A stretch of 64,000 nt of DNA, taken from positions 372,868,001 through 372,932,000 of the forward strand of contig OZ024743.1 in the NCBI GenBank assembly GCA_964016885.1, in the 5' to 3' direction. Position numbers and translations under genes: made by a program. The stretch comes from Eledone cirrhosa. Taxonomy: Eukaryota. Shown here piece by piece: positions 36,915 to 49,176 of the stretch (positions are counted from its first letter, which is position 1; each line of letters begins with the position of its first letter). The notes under the pieces were generated by a model. It was not told where the DNA came from and did no database searches. It worked only from the letters and a program-made list of their open reading frames with translations.

Positions 36915-38441
36915 CTATCCGACTTCAACGAGGTCGCCGCGTGATCGGTTATAGGTATGGCTTACTATAATGTTTGTTTTATGAGGGGGGTGGTTTCTAG
37001 AGCTAGCGTTAGGGATGTAGGAAATTCCTCGGTTAAAGCCGGCGCTTATGAGGACCCTATTGTAGTAATCTGCCGCTTGGTTGAAGATATCCTCATTGGC
37101 GGATAGTCTCGAGATTCTATGTGAGATACTATAGACTATGGAGTTGAAAGTCTGCTTAGGGTGGTTGGAGGCATAATTAATATAAGAGAGGCACTCGTCA
37201 GGCTTATGGTATGGCTTGTATAAGCCCGTACTCAACTCCAGGGTCACGTCTAGGAAGTTGACAACCCTGTGGTTGAGGTCCATAGTTACGGATAGGCCGT
37301 ATGACTTGAAGAACCTGTGTATATGTTTGTTAAGGTTCTCTATCCTACGGGGGCTATGGTTCCTAACGGTAAACAGGGCGTCGTCCCTATATACACCTCC
37401 TTGTAGGGCCGGTATCTCTTCCCTAACCTTATGTAGGAGGTATATCCCGACCAAGTCAGTTGCTTGCGCTGAGTCACTGGACTCCATCGTGACATCAAAG
37501 TTATCAGGACGGTTGGTTCTGGTCCAGTAGGAGCCTTCGAACTGGATAATGGTTCTACGCGCCGCTAGAATTATGTCTATTTCTTTTTTAGTGAGGCTAG
37601 TGTTAGATCTAGCTAAGATAAGTGCCTTATTTAAGAATATGGGGGAGATAGAGGCGTAGTAACCATCTATATCAAACTGGATGAACTTCAGGGTCGCTTT
37701 ATCAGGCAACTCGGTGAACCAATTTATGACCTGGTCGGTGTTGCCCCAGAAGCAGACCTTAGCCTTTCTATTACGCTCCAGTAGTACTCTGTCAAGGATC
37801 ACTTTACTAATCTTACCTATATCTGATGTAGAGGGGCATATTAGTCTAATAGAGGGGCTTTCATTAAAGTCATATTTGTGATCCTTAAGAGAGAATTTAG
37901 GCGTCAGAGGGACATACGGGTTAGTGTACTTTTCTATTTCTAAGCTGGTGACTATATCCTTCCCTACTCTATTTATGTCATTTAGGGTACTAGAGGGTGT
38001 CTTTTTGTAGTCTTTGTGTAGTTCCTTATAGATGAATTTTTTATACTTACTCGCGTCCATCTTGTACAGCTTTTTGGTTTTATCGGAGGTGACGAAGAGG
38101 TGTGGGTCATTCTTGATCTTAGTTATTAGTGTATCAAGGGACGTTAAGAATGGATTGCTGCGTTGGTGTTTCTTTCTGAACTTAACGTTTTTGATCATTT
38201 TCAGCAGGTCCTCTTCAAAGGAGTCCAGTAAGGTGTTGTGCAGTGGGTTTCGGTAAGTTTTGAAGCCATACCTCTCTTTGGGTTCAGGAAGGTTACGGGT
38301 GTTCTTATCCAGGTGGTAGGCCTTCCATCTGACTCTCCGTATAAACGAATTAGTAGCGTCTATAAGCAGTTTGAGGTAGGTTTTTCTGCTGGGTAAGGGG
38401 ATATACTTGAGAGACATGGGTAACGGCTGGTTCTCCAACAT
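36915..38441 (-). CDS. Penelope-like element reverse transcriptase (C-terminally truncated ORF)
   Basis: SLKYIPLPS..FIRRVRWKA, TSDKT, IRLICP, FIQFDIDGYY, FDVTM..DSAQATDLVG, GVYRDDAL, FLDVTL, YKPYHKP..YINYASNHP; PLE-type RT with a YRDD active site. Confidence 0.9.
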   Translation of the reverse strand: MLENQPLPMSLKYIPLPSRKTYLKLLIDATNSFIRRVRWKAYHLDKNTRNLPEPKERYGFKTYRNPLHNTLLDSFEEDLLKMIKNVKFRKKHQRSNPFLTSLDTLITKIKNDPHLFVTSDKTKKLYKMDASKYKKFIYKELHKDYKKTPSSTLNDINRVGKDIVTSLEIEKYTNPYVPLTPKFSLKDHKYDFNESPSIRLICPSTSDIGKISKVILDRVLLERNRKAKVCFWGNTDQVINWFTELPDKATLKFIQFDIDGYYASISPIFLNKALILARSNTSLTKKEIDIILAARRTIIQFEGSYWTRTNRPDNFDVTMESSDSAQATDLVGIYLLHKVREEIPALQGGVYRDDALFTVRNHSPRRIENLNKHIHRFFKSYGLSVTMDLNHRVVNFLDVTLELSTGLYKPYHKPDECLSYINYASNHPKQTFNSIVYSISHRISRLSANEDIFNQAADYYNRVLISAGFNRGISYIPNASSRNHPPHKTNIIVSHTYNRSRGDLVEVG

Positions 38442-38653
38442 AATGGCAAATAAGGTGAGATGCCCTACAAAAGGAGCACGGTAATACAGTATTTACGTAT
38501 CGAGAAAGAGAAAAAAAGGGGAGGATAGGTGATACATATAGTTATTTGCCAAGTAGCGTATGCCAAAGATGCTCGATACTAGTGCCGGCAGTATTAAATA
38601 TTCGAAGTGTTAATATTTAGTGGGCTAGAGAGTTAGCAGAGCGTAAGCACGTT

Positions 38654-38987
38654 AAACATTATATAGGGGCTACCTCCGGCCCGTTCAAAATTAGGTTTCG
38701 AACACATCTCCACTCTTTCACAAATAAAAAAACTAAGGCACTCCACTTCGCTCGCGGACTACATCACATCACTAAAGGACTTAAACATCAGCTTCTCCAC
38801 GCACTGGGAGATTGTCGGCAGGGCTGCACCGTACAACTTCAAGAGGAAATGCGATCTTTGCCTCATGGAGCTCTACCACATCATAACTGCACCCCACGAG
38901 CTCATCAACAGCAGAGCTGAAACAGCGATAAGTTGTACACATCGCTTAAAAATATCCTTCTTCAGATGGGTTAAGGATGAGGAGTGA
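38654..38987 (+). pseudogene. PLE GIY-YIG endonuclease C-terminal part (one frameshift), inverted relative to the RT
   Basis: Manual translation: KHYIGATSGPFKIRFRTHLHSF / STSLADYITSLKD..WEIVGRAAPY..CDLCLMELYHI..INSRAE..CTHR..stop. Confidence 0.82.
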
Positions 38988-39285
38988 AACCGTACACCGG
39001 ATCTCCCTGCAACAAGTCTTAACACCCCGGCGGGCAGGCGCTGCAAAATAACACCCAGGAAACTATCCTTGCATACCAGACCCAGCCTCAGACAAACAGA
39101 TGCGGCAAAAAAAAAAAAAAAAAAAAAATTTGTCCGGGAAAGACTGCCCTAACACCGGCCAGAGTTACCTCCCTTGACCTGCTGCAAAATCAAAACAAGA
39201 TATTTTTGCGAGCAATGAACCTTGATGTGGATTTAACCCCCAAAACTCTTTCCGAGCAATATAAGGAACACTTGTGATTATTTAT

Positions 39286-39325
39286 GCCCTTGAGAAGCCC
39301 AACTGGGCGAAACGTACGTAGGTGC
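39286..39325 (+). ncRNA. Minimal hammerhead with U3-A8 core variant in the PLE 3' region
   Basis: GCCC-TTGAGAA-GCCC AACT GGGC-GAAA-CGTACG-TA-GGTGC; palindromic stem III ACGTACGT; stem I has a bulge. Confidence 0.6.
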
Positions 39326-39420
39326 TGTTTTAACGGTCTATTCTCCGATTTTTTACTTTCCCACGTATATATATATATATATATATATATAGACATATAT
39401 ATATACATATATATATATAC

Positions 39421-39499
<79 letters not shown>

Positions 39500-39509
39500 C
39501 ATATATATA

Positions 39510-40986
39510 GGTTAGAATTAACAACGAATATAGTGAAGAGTTTAGCATAAAAGTTGGTGTTCATCAGGGCTCCATCCTTAGCCCCCTCCTATTTATTATT
39601 GCCCTTCGGGAGTTCAAGACCGGCTGCCCATGGGAACTCCTATACGCTGATGATCTAACACTTATAGCTGAATCAATGGCTGAACTAGAGAAGAAATTCC
39701 AAACATGGAAGCATGGCCTAGATTCAAAAGGCCTTAAAATTAACCTGTCTAAGACTAAAGTGCTAATATGTAGGAAGGAAAATAGGGCACTGGTCCCATC
39801 TGGGAAATGGCCATGCTCAGTGTGTAGGAAAGGCGTAGGCAGAAACTCCATTTTATGTCCCAAATGCAAAGTATGGGTGCATAAAAGATGTAGTGGGATC
39901 ACAGGTAAGCTAACTAAGAATATAGATTTTATATGTGGCCGGTGCTCAGGTGCAATAAGTAGCAGCAAGTGCCCACAGAATACTAGCCCATTCCATTGCA
40001 CAGATGGTTCTATAGAAATAGTGGGCACTTTCCATTACCTGGGTGACAAAATCAGCAGTGGTGGAGGGTGCTCTGAAAGTACAGTAGCTAGAGTCAGAAC
40101 GGGATGGAAAAAGTTCAGAGAGCTTATACCGCTATTGGCCGCTAAAGGCTTCTCTCTAAAAATGAAAGGCAGGCTGTATGATGCCTGCATACGAACAGCA
40201 ATGTTGCATGGCAGTGAGACTTGGGCTTTACGTGCAGAGGATCTATGCAGACTGGAGAGGGACGAAGCTTGCATGCTCTGTTGGATGTGTAATAGTAATA
40301 TACGTGAACGGCAAAGCATAAACGAACTAAGGGAGAAATTAGGAATAAGAGGAATCAGATGCTGTTTACTCGAGAGAAGACTACGTTGGTACAGTCACGT
40401 GATGCGTATGAAAGACGACAGCTGTATAAAAAAGTGCAGGGCGATCAAAATAGACGGTAGCCACGGAGTAGGCAGACCCAGAAAAACCTGGGACAACTTG
40501 ATAAATTCCGACCTCACACACTTACACCTCTCCAAGACAATGTCACTGGACCGAGATCTTTGGCGCTACGCAGTAATACAGAAGACCCGCCTTGCCTAAG
40601 TGCAAAGCGAAACTACCTACAGTCAGTAGGCACCTCTTACCAAAATACACCCTGTCCCACCCCATCTACACCACCCCCTTTCGATGTAAAGTTATGTTGG
40701 TACCACAACATCCAGTCCTAAATAAATGAGGTCGTGTAGGTGTCACGACAAAAAAACACAGTCCACACTGTAATGTGGCCGTGTAGGCAACACGGTAAAA
40801 ACCTCCCAGTCCCACACTGTAAATGTGGTTGGTGTTAGGAAGGGCATCCAGCCATAGAAAACCCGCCAGACAGTCCTATACGAGCGAGACAACCAATCTT
40901 GCCTCAAGTGGGAAAATTCCTGTCCAAACCCATGCTAGCGTGGAAGATGGACGTTAAACGATAATGATGATGATGATGATGATGAT
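39510..40986 (+). mobile_element. RTE LINE family A, 5'-truncated
   Basis: ORF 39676-40599 holds the PHD insert and C-terminus; 3' UTR and (GAT)n tail; small deletion upstream of YADD. Confidence 0.93.
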
Positions 40987-41000
40987 ATATATTTATATAC

Positions 41001-41424
41001 ATTATTCAGAATAATAATAAATGAAGACATTCACATAATCAAAATATATGTTTTATTATATATATTTTGAAGGTACTGTGCTGATTTTTCAGTATGTGCT
41101 CGTCAGATAAAATACATGACTTGATATATGACATTCCTCAACGGTCTTGATGGTTCAATTTCAGTATTGGCAGGAATTGAACCATCAAGACCGTTGAGGT
41201 ATGTCATACATCAATTCATGTATTTTATCTGACGAGGACGTTCTGAAAAAACAGCACAGTACCTTCGAAATATATATAATAAAACATATATTTTGATTAT
41301 GTGAATGTCTTCATTTATTATTATTCTGAATAATAATAACTCCAGAAAACTTTCTGTAGAGTGCTTTTAATCTATTGTAAAACTATATTCATTGAGTAAT
41401 CAATGAACCATATTAATCTTTGGT

Positions 41425-41425
<1 letters not shown>
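41001..41425. mobile_element. Fold-back element with ~160-bp inverted arms carrying a hammerhead
   Basis: Arms at 41001-41160 and 41175-41334, imperfect; unpaired extension runs to the (TA)n. Confidence 0.72.
41223..41284 (+). ncRNA. Type I hammerhead ribozyme motif
   Basis: TTTTAT-CTGACGA-GGA..TTC-GAAA-TATATA-TA-ATAAAA. Confidence 0.6.
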
Positions 41426-42231
<806 letters not shown>

Positions 42232-42232
<1 letters not shown>

Positions 42233-43513
42233 CTTAGCCTTTAAACCTAGAGAAGGCCTTTGATAGGGTACCCTGATCTGTCATCTGGTGGTCCCTAAGG
42301 AAACTAGGTGTTGAGGAATGGCTTGTGAGGACAGTGCAAACTTTGTACAGAGGTACTCTCAGTAAAGTCAGGGTAGGAATGGATTTTAGTGAGGAATTCC
42401 AGATACAAGTAGGATTACATCAAGGTTCGGTCCTCAGCCCGCTCTTGTTCATTATAGTCCTCCAAGCCATAACAGAGGAGTTTAAGACTGGCTGTCCATG
42501 GGAACTTCTCTATGCTGACGATCTGGTTCTTATAGCAGAATCAGTAGAGGAGCTAGAGAATAAATTCTGGCTATGGAAACAGCAGTTGGAAGCAAGAGGA
42601 CTGAGAGTGAACCTAGCTAAGACAAAAGTGTTGATGAGTAGGAAAGAGGCCAAAACTCTGATTCCATCAGGGAAATAGCCATGTTCGATATGCAGAAAAG
42701 GAACTGGCATAAATTCTATAAAATGGACACAATGCAGATCCTGGGTACACAAGAGATGTAGTGGAATAGCAGGCAAACTAACAGGTAGGGAAAACTACGT
42801 ATACAGTAGATGTACAGGGAAATTAGACAGTAGAAGTCGCATTGATAGACACATTTTTCAAATACAGGCGGGTGCTATAGAAGCGGTGGATAGCTTCCGG
42901 TACCTAGGAGATCAGATTAGCATGGGAGGGGGTGTTCCGAGGCCATAGTATCTAGAATAAGGACGGATTGGAAGAAGTTTAGGGAGCTGCATCCTCTGTT
43001 GACGAAGAAGGGTTTCTCCCTGCGTACGAAAGGCCGGTTATATGATGCCTGTGTGAGGAGCGCGATGCTGCATGGTAGTGAGACATGGGCAGCAACTGCA
43101 GAGGTTATGCGACGACTGGAGAGAAATGAGGCAAGCATGCTCCGTTGGATGTGCAGTGTCAATGTGCGTGAACAACCCAGCATGAATGTGTTGAGAGAGA
43201 ATCTGTGTCTGAGAGGGATAGAATGTAGTGTACAGGAGAGGAGACTGAGGTGGTATGGACATGTGATGCGCATGGAGGATGACCGATGGGTGAAGAAGTG
43301 CCAGGAAATGCCAGTTGAAGGAAGACGTGGTAGAGGTAGACCACGAAAAACATGGGCGGAGGTGGTGAGAACAGACCTCAGATCATTGAAGCTCATGGTG
43401 GAGATGACGAAGGACCGTGACGAGTGGAGAGATGCTGTGCTGAATAAGACCCGTCCCACCCTTGCAAGCAGGGAAAAGCGGACGTAAAATGATGATGATG
43501 ATGACGATGATGA
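42232..43513 (+). mobile_element. RTE LINE family C, 5'-truncated, decayed
   Basis: GLHQGSVLSP, LLYADD, degenerate PHD insert, MLHGSETW, RLRWYGHV, GRGRPRKTW; ORF stops directly at the (GAT)n tail. Confidence 0.92.
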
Positions 43514-43515
43514 TA

Positions 43516-44826
43516 CGAAGGGGGATCAAAAAGTTCATGGAATTTTATTATAGCAAGAAAAAAATCAGGTTAAAACAATATTAAACATGTCAGAACATTG
43601 TCACTGGGTGTTTACCTTGCTATTAGTCACTTGCAGTCAGTTATGTGCGGACTATTGTACAGTACTGACACTCTTTAAAAAACTTCTTTTTGGAACAATG
43701 GAAAATAGTTATTTTGAGATAAGATCGAATATCAAGTTTCTGGTAAAACTCAAATGGAAAGGGACACAGATTATGGAGGCTTTAGTTAAAGTTTACAGTA
43801 CTACTGCTCCAAAGAAAACTGCTGTCTACAAGTGGATTCAGTGATTCAAACAAGGGAAAGACGACCTTGAAGACGACCATCACAGTGGAAGACCAGGAAC
43901 ATCAAAAAATGACCAAAAAGTTGAGGCTGCTCAGACTTTAATTGAAGAAGATCGAAGAATAACAGTTAATCAGTTAGCTAATTCCCTAGACATTTCATAT
44001 GGTTCGGCAAATTCAATTCTGCACGATAATTTGGGACTAAGCAAGCTTTCAGCACGATGGGTCCCGAAAGTGTTGCGCCCTGATCAGCTGATTCTTCAAA
44101 GTGATCTGTCTTTGGCGATATTTAACAAAATTGAAGTTGATGAAGAGCATTTCATGACCAGAATCATCACTGGAGATGAAACCTGGATCTACCAGTATGA
44201 TCCTGAATCCAAACAGCAGTCAAAACAGTGGTTTCCACGTGGTTCATCGGAGCCCAATTAAGTTCAAATCTCAAAAGTCGGATCAAAAAGTGATGGCCAC
44301 CATTTTCTGGGATTCAGATGGGGTGATACTAATAGATTATCTTGAAGGTCAAAGAACTGTGACAGGAGCTTATTATGCAAATGTTTTAAGGAAGCTGAAA
44401 GAGGCATTAGTCAAGAAACGAAAAGGGAAACATCATGGTGGGATCTTGTTTCACCATGACAATGCACCAGCGCATTCTGCGCGGGTTGCAAAAGAAGTTC
44501 TTCGAGAATTTCGATGGGAAGTGTTTCCTCACCCGCCTTATAGTCCAGATTTAGCCCCATCAGACTTTTTCCTCTTTCCAAAACTCAAAGAAATGCTAAA
44601 AGGAACCCGTTTTAGTGTTGAAGAAGCTAAAAACACTGCCAACACATGGCTTTGAACAAGGCCTTCAACTTTCTTTAGAGACGGCTTACGAAGCTGGAAG
44701 CATCGCCTTGTGAAGTGTATTGACCTGGATGGCAACTATGTAGAAAAATAAATTGAAGGTAAATCATATTTTTTGAAAAATAGATTATTTTCTGAAAAAT
44801 TCCACAAACTTTTTTATCCCCCCCTC

Positions 44827-44827
<1 letters not shown>
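43516..44827 (+). mobile_element. Full-length mariner DNA transposon (irritans/Hsmar2-like), inactivated
   Basis: TA-flanked TIRs CGAAGGGGGATCAAAAAGTTCATGGAATTTT / AAAATTCCACAAACTTTTTTATCCCCCCTCG; about 1.3 kb. Confidence 0.95.
43698..44751 (+). pseudogene. Mariner DD34D transposase pseudogene
   Basis: WVPKVL, TGDETW, HHDNA and YSPDLAPSDFFLF motifs; stops at about 43842 and 44653; frameshift near 44255. Confidence 0.93.
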
Positions 44828-44856
<29 letters not shown>

Positions 44857-44859
<3 letters not shown>

Positions 44860-45020
44860 GAAGGAAATGTGGTAAGGAACCAGGTGGACCATAACGCACC
44901 AAAGTACTCAATACTTAGGGTAGTAGAGTGGGTAATAGGAACGAGTAGGACCCCGACAGCATTTAGTCCAGAATTAGCCGTCGAAACAGCTTGAGCTCAG
45001 CCATTGGGGTCCTACTCGTT

Positions 45021-45024
<4 letters not shown>
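44857..45024. repeat. Short fold-back element in (TA)n
   Basis: TAGGAACGAGTAGGACCCC / GGGGTCCTACTCGTTCCTA arms; shares the GTACTCAATAC motif with family H1. Confidence 0.6.
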
Positions 45025-45068
<44 letters not shown>

Positions 45069-45069
45069 A

Positions 45070-48000
45070 ATGCGAGCACTCCTCTTTGTTTCGGCCGCGG
45101 ATGGCTAACATAACCCCATCTCCCCCCACTCCCCACCGCTCCCACCCTCCAAACGCAATCCAAAACTTCAGAGTTGGTACCATGAATGTAGGCACCTTAA
45201 AGGGTCGCTCTAACGAGGTTGTAGAAATGCTCGAACGTAAGGAGGTCGATGTTTGTTGTATTCAAGAGACCAGGTGGAGGGGTGGGTCTGCTAGATTCAT
45301 TGAGAGTAAAAAACGATGCTATAAGCTTTTCTGGGTGGGAAATGACGATGGGCTGGGTGGAGTAGGAATCATGGTAGCAGAAAAGTGAGCAGATAAGATA
45401 ATAGACGTAAATAGAGTGAACGACAGAATAATTAAAATAAGACTTGTCCTCAATAGAACTACGGTGACAGTAATATCTGCGTACGCACCCCAATCCGGAC
45501 TGCCCGGCACTATAAAAGACAGATTCTATGAGACACTGATGCTCACTACCTCCCAAATAACCGACAGTGACTATATAATTATTGCAGGCGACCAAATGGT
45601 CACGTTGGACAACATTGTGACGGCTACGACGAAATCCATGGAGGCTATGGGTTTGGTACTAGAAATGAGGAAGGCTCCAGAATCCTGGAATTCTGTGACG
45701 CAAATAACCTAACTATCTGTAACACTAACTTCAAAAAACGTGACAATCACCTGATCACCTATAGATCGGGGGAACACACAAGCCAGGTAGATTATATCCT
45801 TACCAGAAGACGTGACAGAGTGTCTGTTGTAAACACTAAATCCCTCCCCCATGAAGAATGCACCTCCCAACATAGACTGATAATTAGCGACCTCATGGTC
45901 AGGACGAGACGTACTAGACAACAGAAGAGGACTATCCTCAGGAGAAAAATATGGAAGCTAAAGGACCCCACAGCCAGAAATAAATTTAAAAGCATACTAC
46001 TTGATGCTTTCGACAGTAAGGAAGAGCAATTAGAGTCGTACAATATAGAGGAGCAGTGGGAATTCCTGAAAGCAAACCTGCTGATGGCGGCAGACGAAGT
46101 CTGTGGCTGGAGCAGGCCTGTAGGCAGGAGGAGAGTAACATGGTGGTGGAACAGTAAGGTGGAGGGGTCAATTAAGGCCAAAAAGCAGGCTTGGAAAGTA
46201 TCGCGGGGTGGGGGAAGTAGAGAAGACTATCAAGTGGCCAGGAGGGAAGCTAGGAGACAAGTGTACTTTGCAAGAAGGGAAGCAGAGGAAAGAAAGTTCA
46301 AGCATGTTCTACAACGCGAGGACCAAAAACGTGAGGTGTTCAGGATTGCTAGGCAATGTATCAAGGAAAACCGTGATATTGTCGGGGAGAAGTGTGTACT
46401 TAATGATGACGGCATACTTGCCATCACCGACGCTGATAAGAAGGTAGCTTGGAAGTGTCACTACGAAAGGCTACTAAATGAGGAGAATAAATGGGAGAAA
46501 GACAGTCTCCCCCACCTCGACCCAATAGAGGGACCAGCAGTGTTAGTCGAGGGTAGTATAATAAGTAAGGCAATCAAGGATATGAAGACGGGTAAGGCAG
46601 CTGGGCCTTCGGAAATAGTTGCTGAGATGCTGAAGGCATCTGGAACGGTGGGACACACCATGGTCACACGGATAGTTAACCAAGTCGTACAGAATGGGGT
46701 TGTTCCGAAGGACTGGCGTAGCAGCATCATCGTTAACTGTTATAAGGGTAAAGGAGATGCCCTAGATAGGAGTAACTATAGAGGCATTAAATTAATCGAC
46801 CAGGTCATGAAGGTCACGGAAAAAGTAATAGCGCAACTAATCAGAGAGAGAATTGACTTCGATGAAATGCAGTTCGGGTTTGTGTCAGGCAAAAGTACCA
46901 CAGACGCTCTTTTCATTGTACAACAACTACAGGAGAAGTACCTAGCTAAAAGTAAACCCCTATACTTAGCTTTTGTCGACTTGGAGAAAGCCTTCGACAG
47001 AGTCCCCCGTTCCATTATCTGGTGGGCTCTTAGAAAACTAGGTGTTGACGAATGGCTTGTGAGAGCTATACAAGCCATGTATAAAGAAACAGTCAGCAAG
47101 GTTAGAATTAACAACGAATATAGTGAAGAGTTTAGCGTAAAAGTTGGCGTCCACCAGGGCTCTGTTCTCAGCCCCCTACTATTTATTATTGCCCTTCAGG
47201 CTATAACAGAGGAGTTCAAGACCGGCTGCGCATGGGAACTCCTATACGCAGATGACCTAACACTCATAGCTGAATCAATGGCCGAGCTAGAGAAGAAATT
47301 CCAAACATGGAAGCACAACCTAGAATCAAAAGGCCTTAAAATTAACCTGGCTAAGACCAAAGTTCTAGTTTGTAGGAAAGAAAATAAGGCGGCGGTCCCT
47401 TCCGGGAAGTGGCCATGCTCAGTGTGTAGGAAAGGTGTAGGTAGAAACTCCATTTTGTGTCCTAAATGCAAAGTATGGGTGCATAAAAGATGTAGTGGGA
47501 TCACAGGTAAGCTAACTAAGAACATAGATTTTACATGTGGCCGGTGCTCTGGTGCAATAAGTAGCAGCAAGTGCCCACAAAATACTAGCTCTTTCAACTG
47601 CGCAGAGGGCTCTATAGAAATAGTGGACAGCTTCCGTTACCTGGGTGACAAAATCAGCAGTGGGGGAGGGTGCTCTGAAAGTACAGTAGCTAGAGTCAGA
47701 ACGGGATGGAAAAAGTTCAGAGAGCTTATACCACTATTAGCCGCTAAAGGGTTCTCCCTAAAAATGAAAGGCAGGTTGTATGATGCCTGCATACGAATAG
47801 CAATGTTGCATGGCAGTGAGACCTGGGCATTGTGTGCAGAGGATATACGCAGACTAGAGAGGAACAAAGCTTGCATGCTCCGCTGGATGTGTAATAGTAA
47901 TATACGTGAACGGCAAAGCATAAACGAACTAAGGAAAAAATTAGAAATAAGAGGGATCAGATGTTGTTTACTCGAGAGAAGGCTACGTTGGTATGGACAT

Positions 48001-48572
48001 GTGATGCGCATGAAAGTGATAGCTGTATAACAAAGTCCAGGGCAATAAAGATAGACGGTAGCCACGGAATAGGCAGACCCAGAAAACCCTGGGACGAGCT
48101 GATAAACTCCGACCTCACACACTTACACCTCTCCAAGACAATGTCACTGGACCGAGACCTTTGGCGGTACTCAGTAATAGAGAAGACCCGCCTTACCTAA
48201 ATACATAGTAAAACCTACTACAGTCAGTAGGCATCTCTAACAAAATACACCCCCGTCCCACCACCCCCACCACATCCACACCGACCCCTTCTATGTAAAG
48301 TTATGTTGGTGCCACACCATCCAGGCCGAAACAAATGCGATCGTGTAGGTGTCACAACAAAAAAACACACAGTCCACGCTGTAATGTGGCCGTGTAGGCA
48401 ACACGGTAAAAACCTCCCAGCCCCACACTGTAAATGTGGTTGGTGTTAGGAAGGGCATCCAACTGTAGAAAACCCGCCAGACAGTCCTATGCGAGTAAGA
48501 CAATCACTCTTGCCTCAAGTGGGACTACCCCCGTCCAAACCCATGCAAGCGTGGAACACGGACGTTAAACGT

Positions 48573-48609
<37 letters not shown>
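45070..48609 (+). mobile_element. Near full-length RTE LINE family A (EN-RT-PHD), disrupted
   Basis: ORF pieces at 45086-45388, 45416-45712, 45820-48030 and 47961-48200; one stop and two frameshifts; 3' UTR and (GAT)n tail. Confidence 0.95.
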
Positions 48610-49176
48610 ATCGTTTCTGAATTTGTTTAGCAAGATTCTTTATCTGAAAACGTGTGTTGAAACCGATACCGTGTGTTTCTTATTGGCAACATGACCCTCC
48701 CAAAGTATAACAATATATATACATATATATAATCTTTTCATCAGCATTCAACTATCATTTTCCATACTAACAAGTGTTGGACATGTATATGTGTGTGTGT
48801 GTGTGTGTGGTGTGCGTCTGTATGTGTGTGATCATCATCATCATCACTGTTTAACATTTTTTTCTATCTTGCAAGGATTAGCCAGAAGATTTGATGAGAG
48901 TTTTAATAATTATGGATAACATTTATAACTATAATTAATTAGAAATGAGTCTAATTACTTGATATGTTTAAATTGATTACCTTTATGAGGAGCATTCTTG
49001 GAGGTATTGTTCCTCACTTCATGGACTCAAAGATTGTCTGATACAAAAACAACAATTTTCAGGTTTTTTCTGAGAAAAGGACAAATGAATTACTGGAAAT
49101 GGCTGCTACTTTTCCACAGATATGTGTGTGTATATATTGTATGTATATTTATTTTTTTTATTTTTATTTTTCTCTT

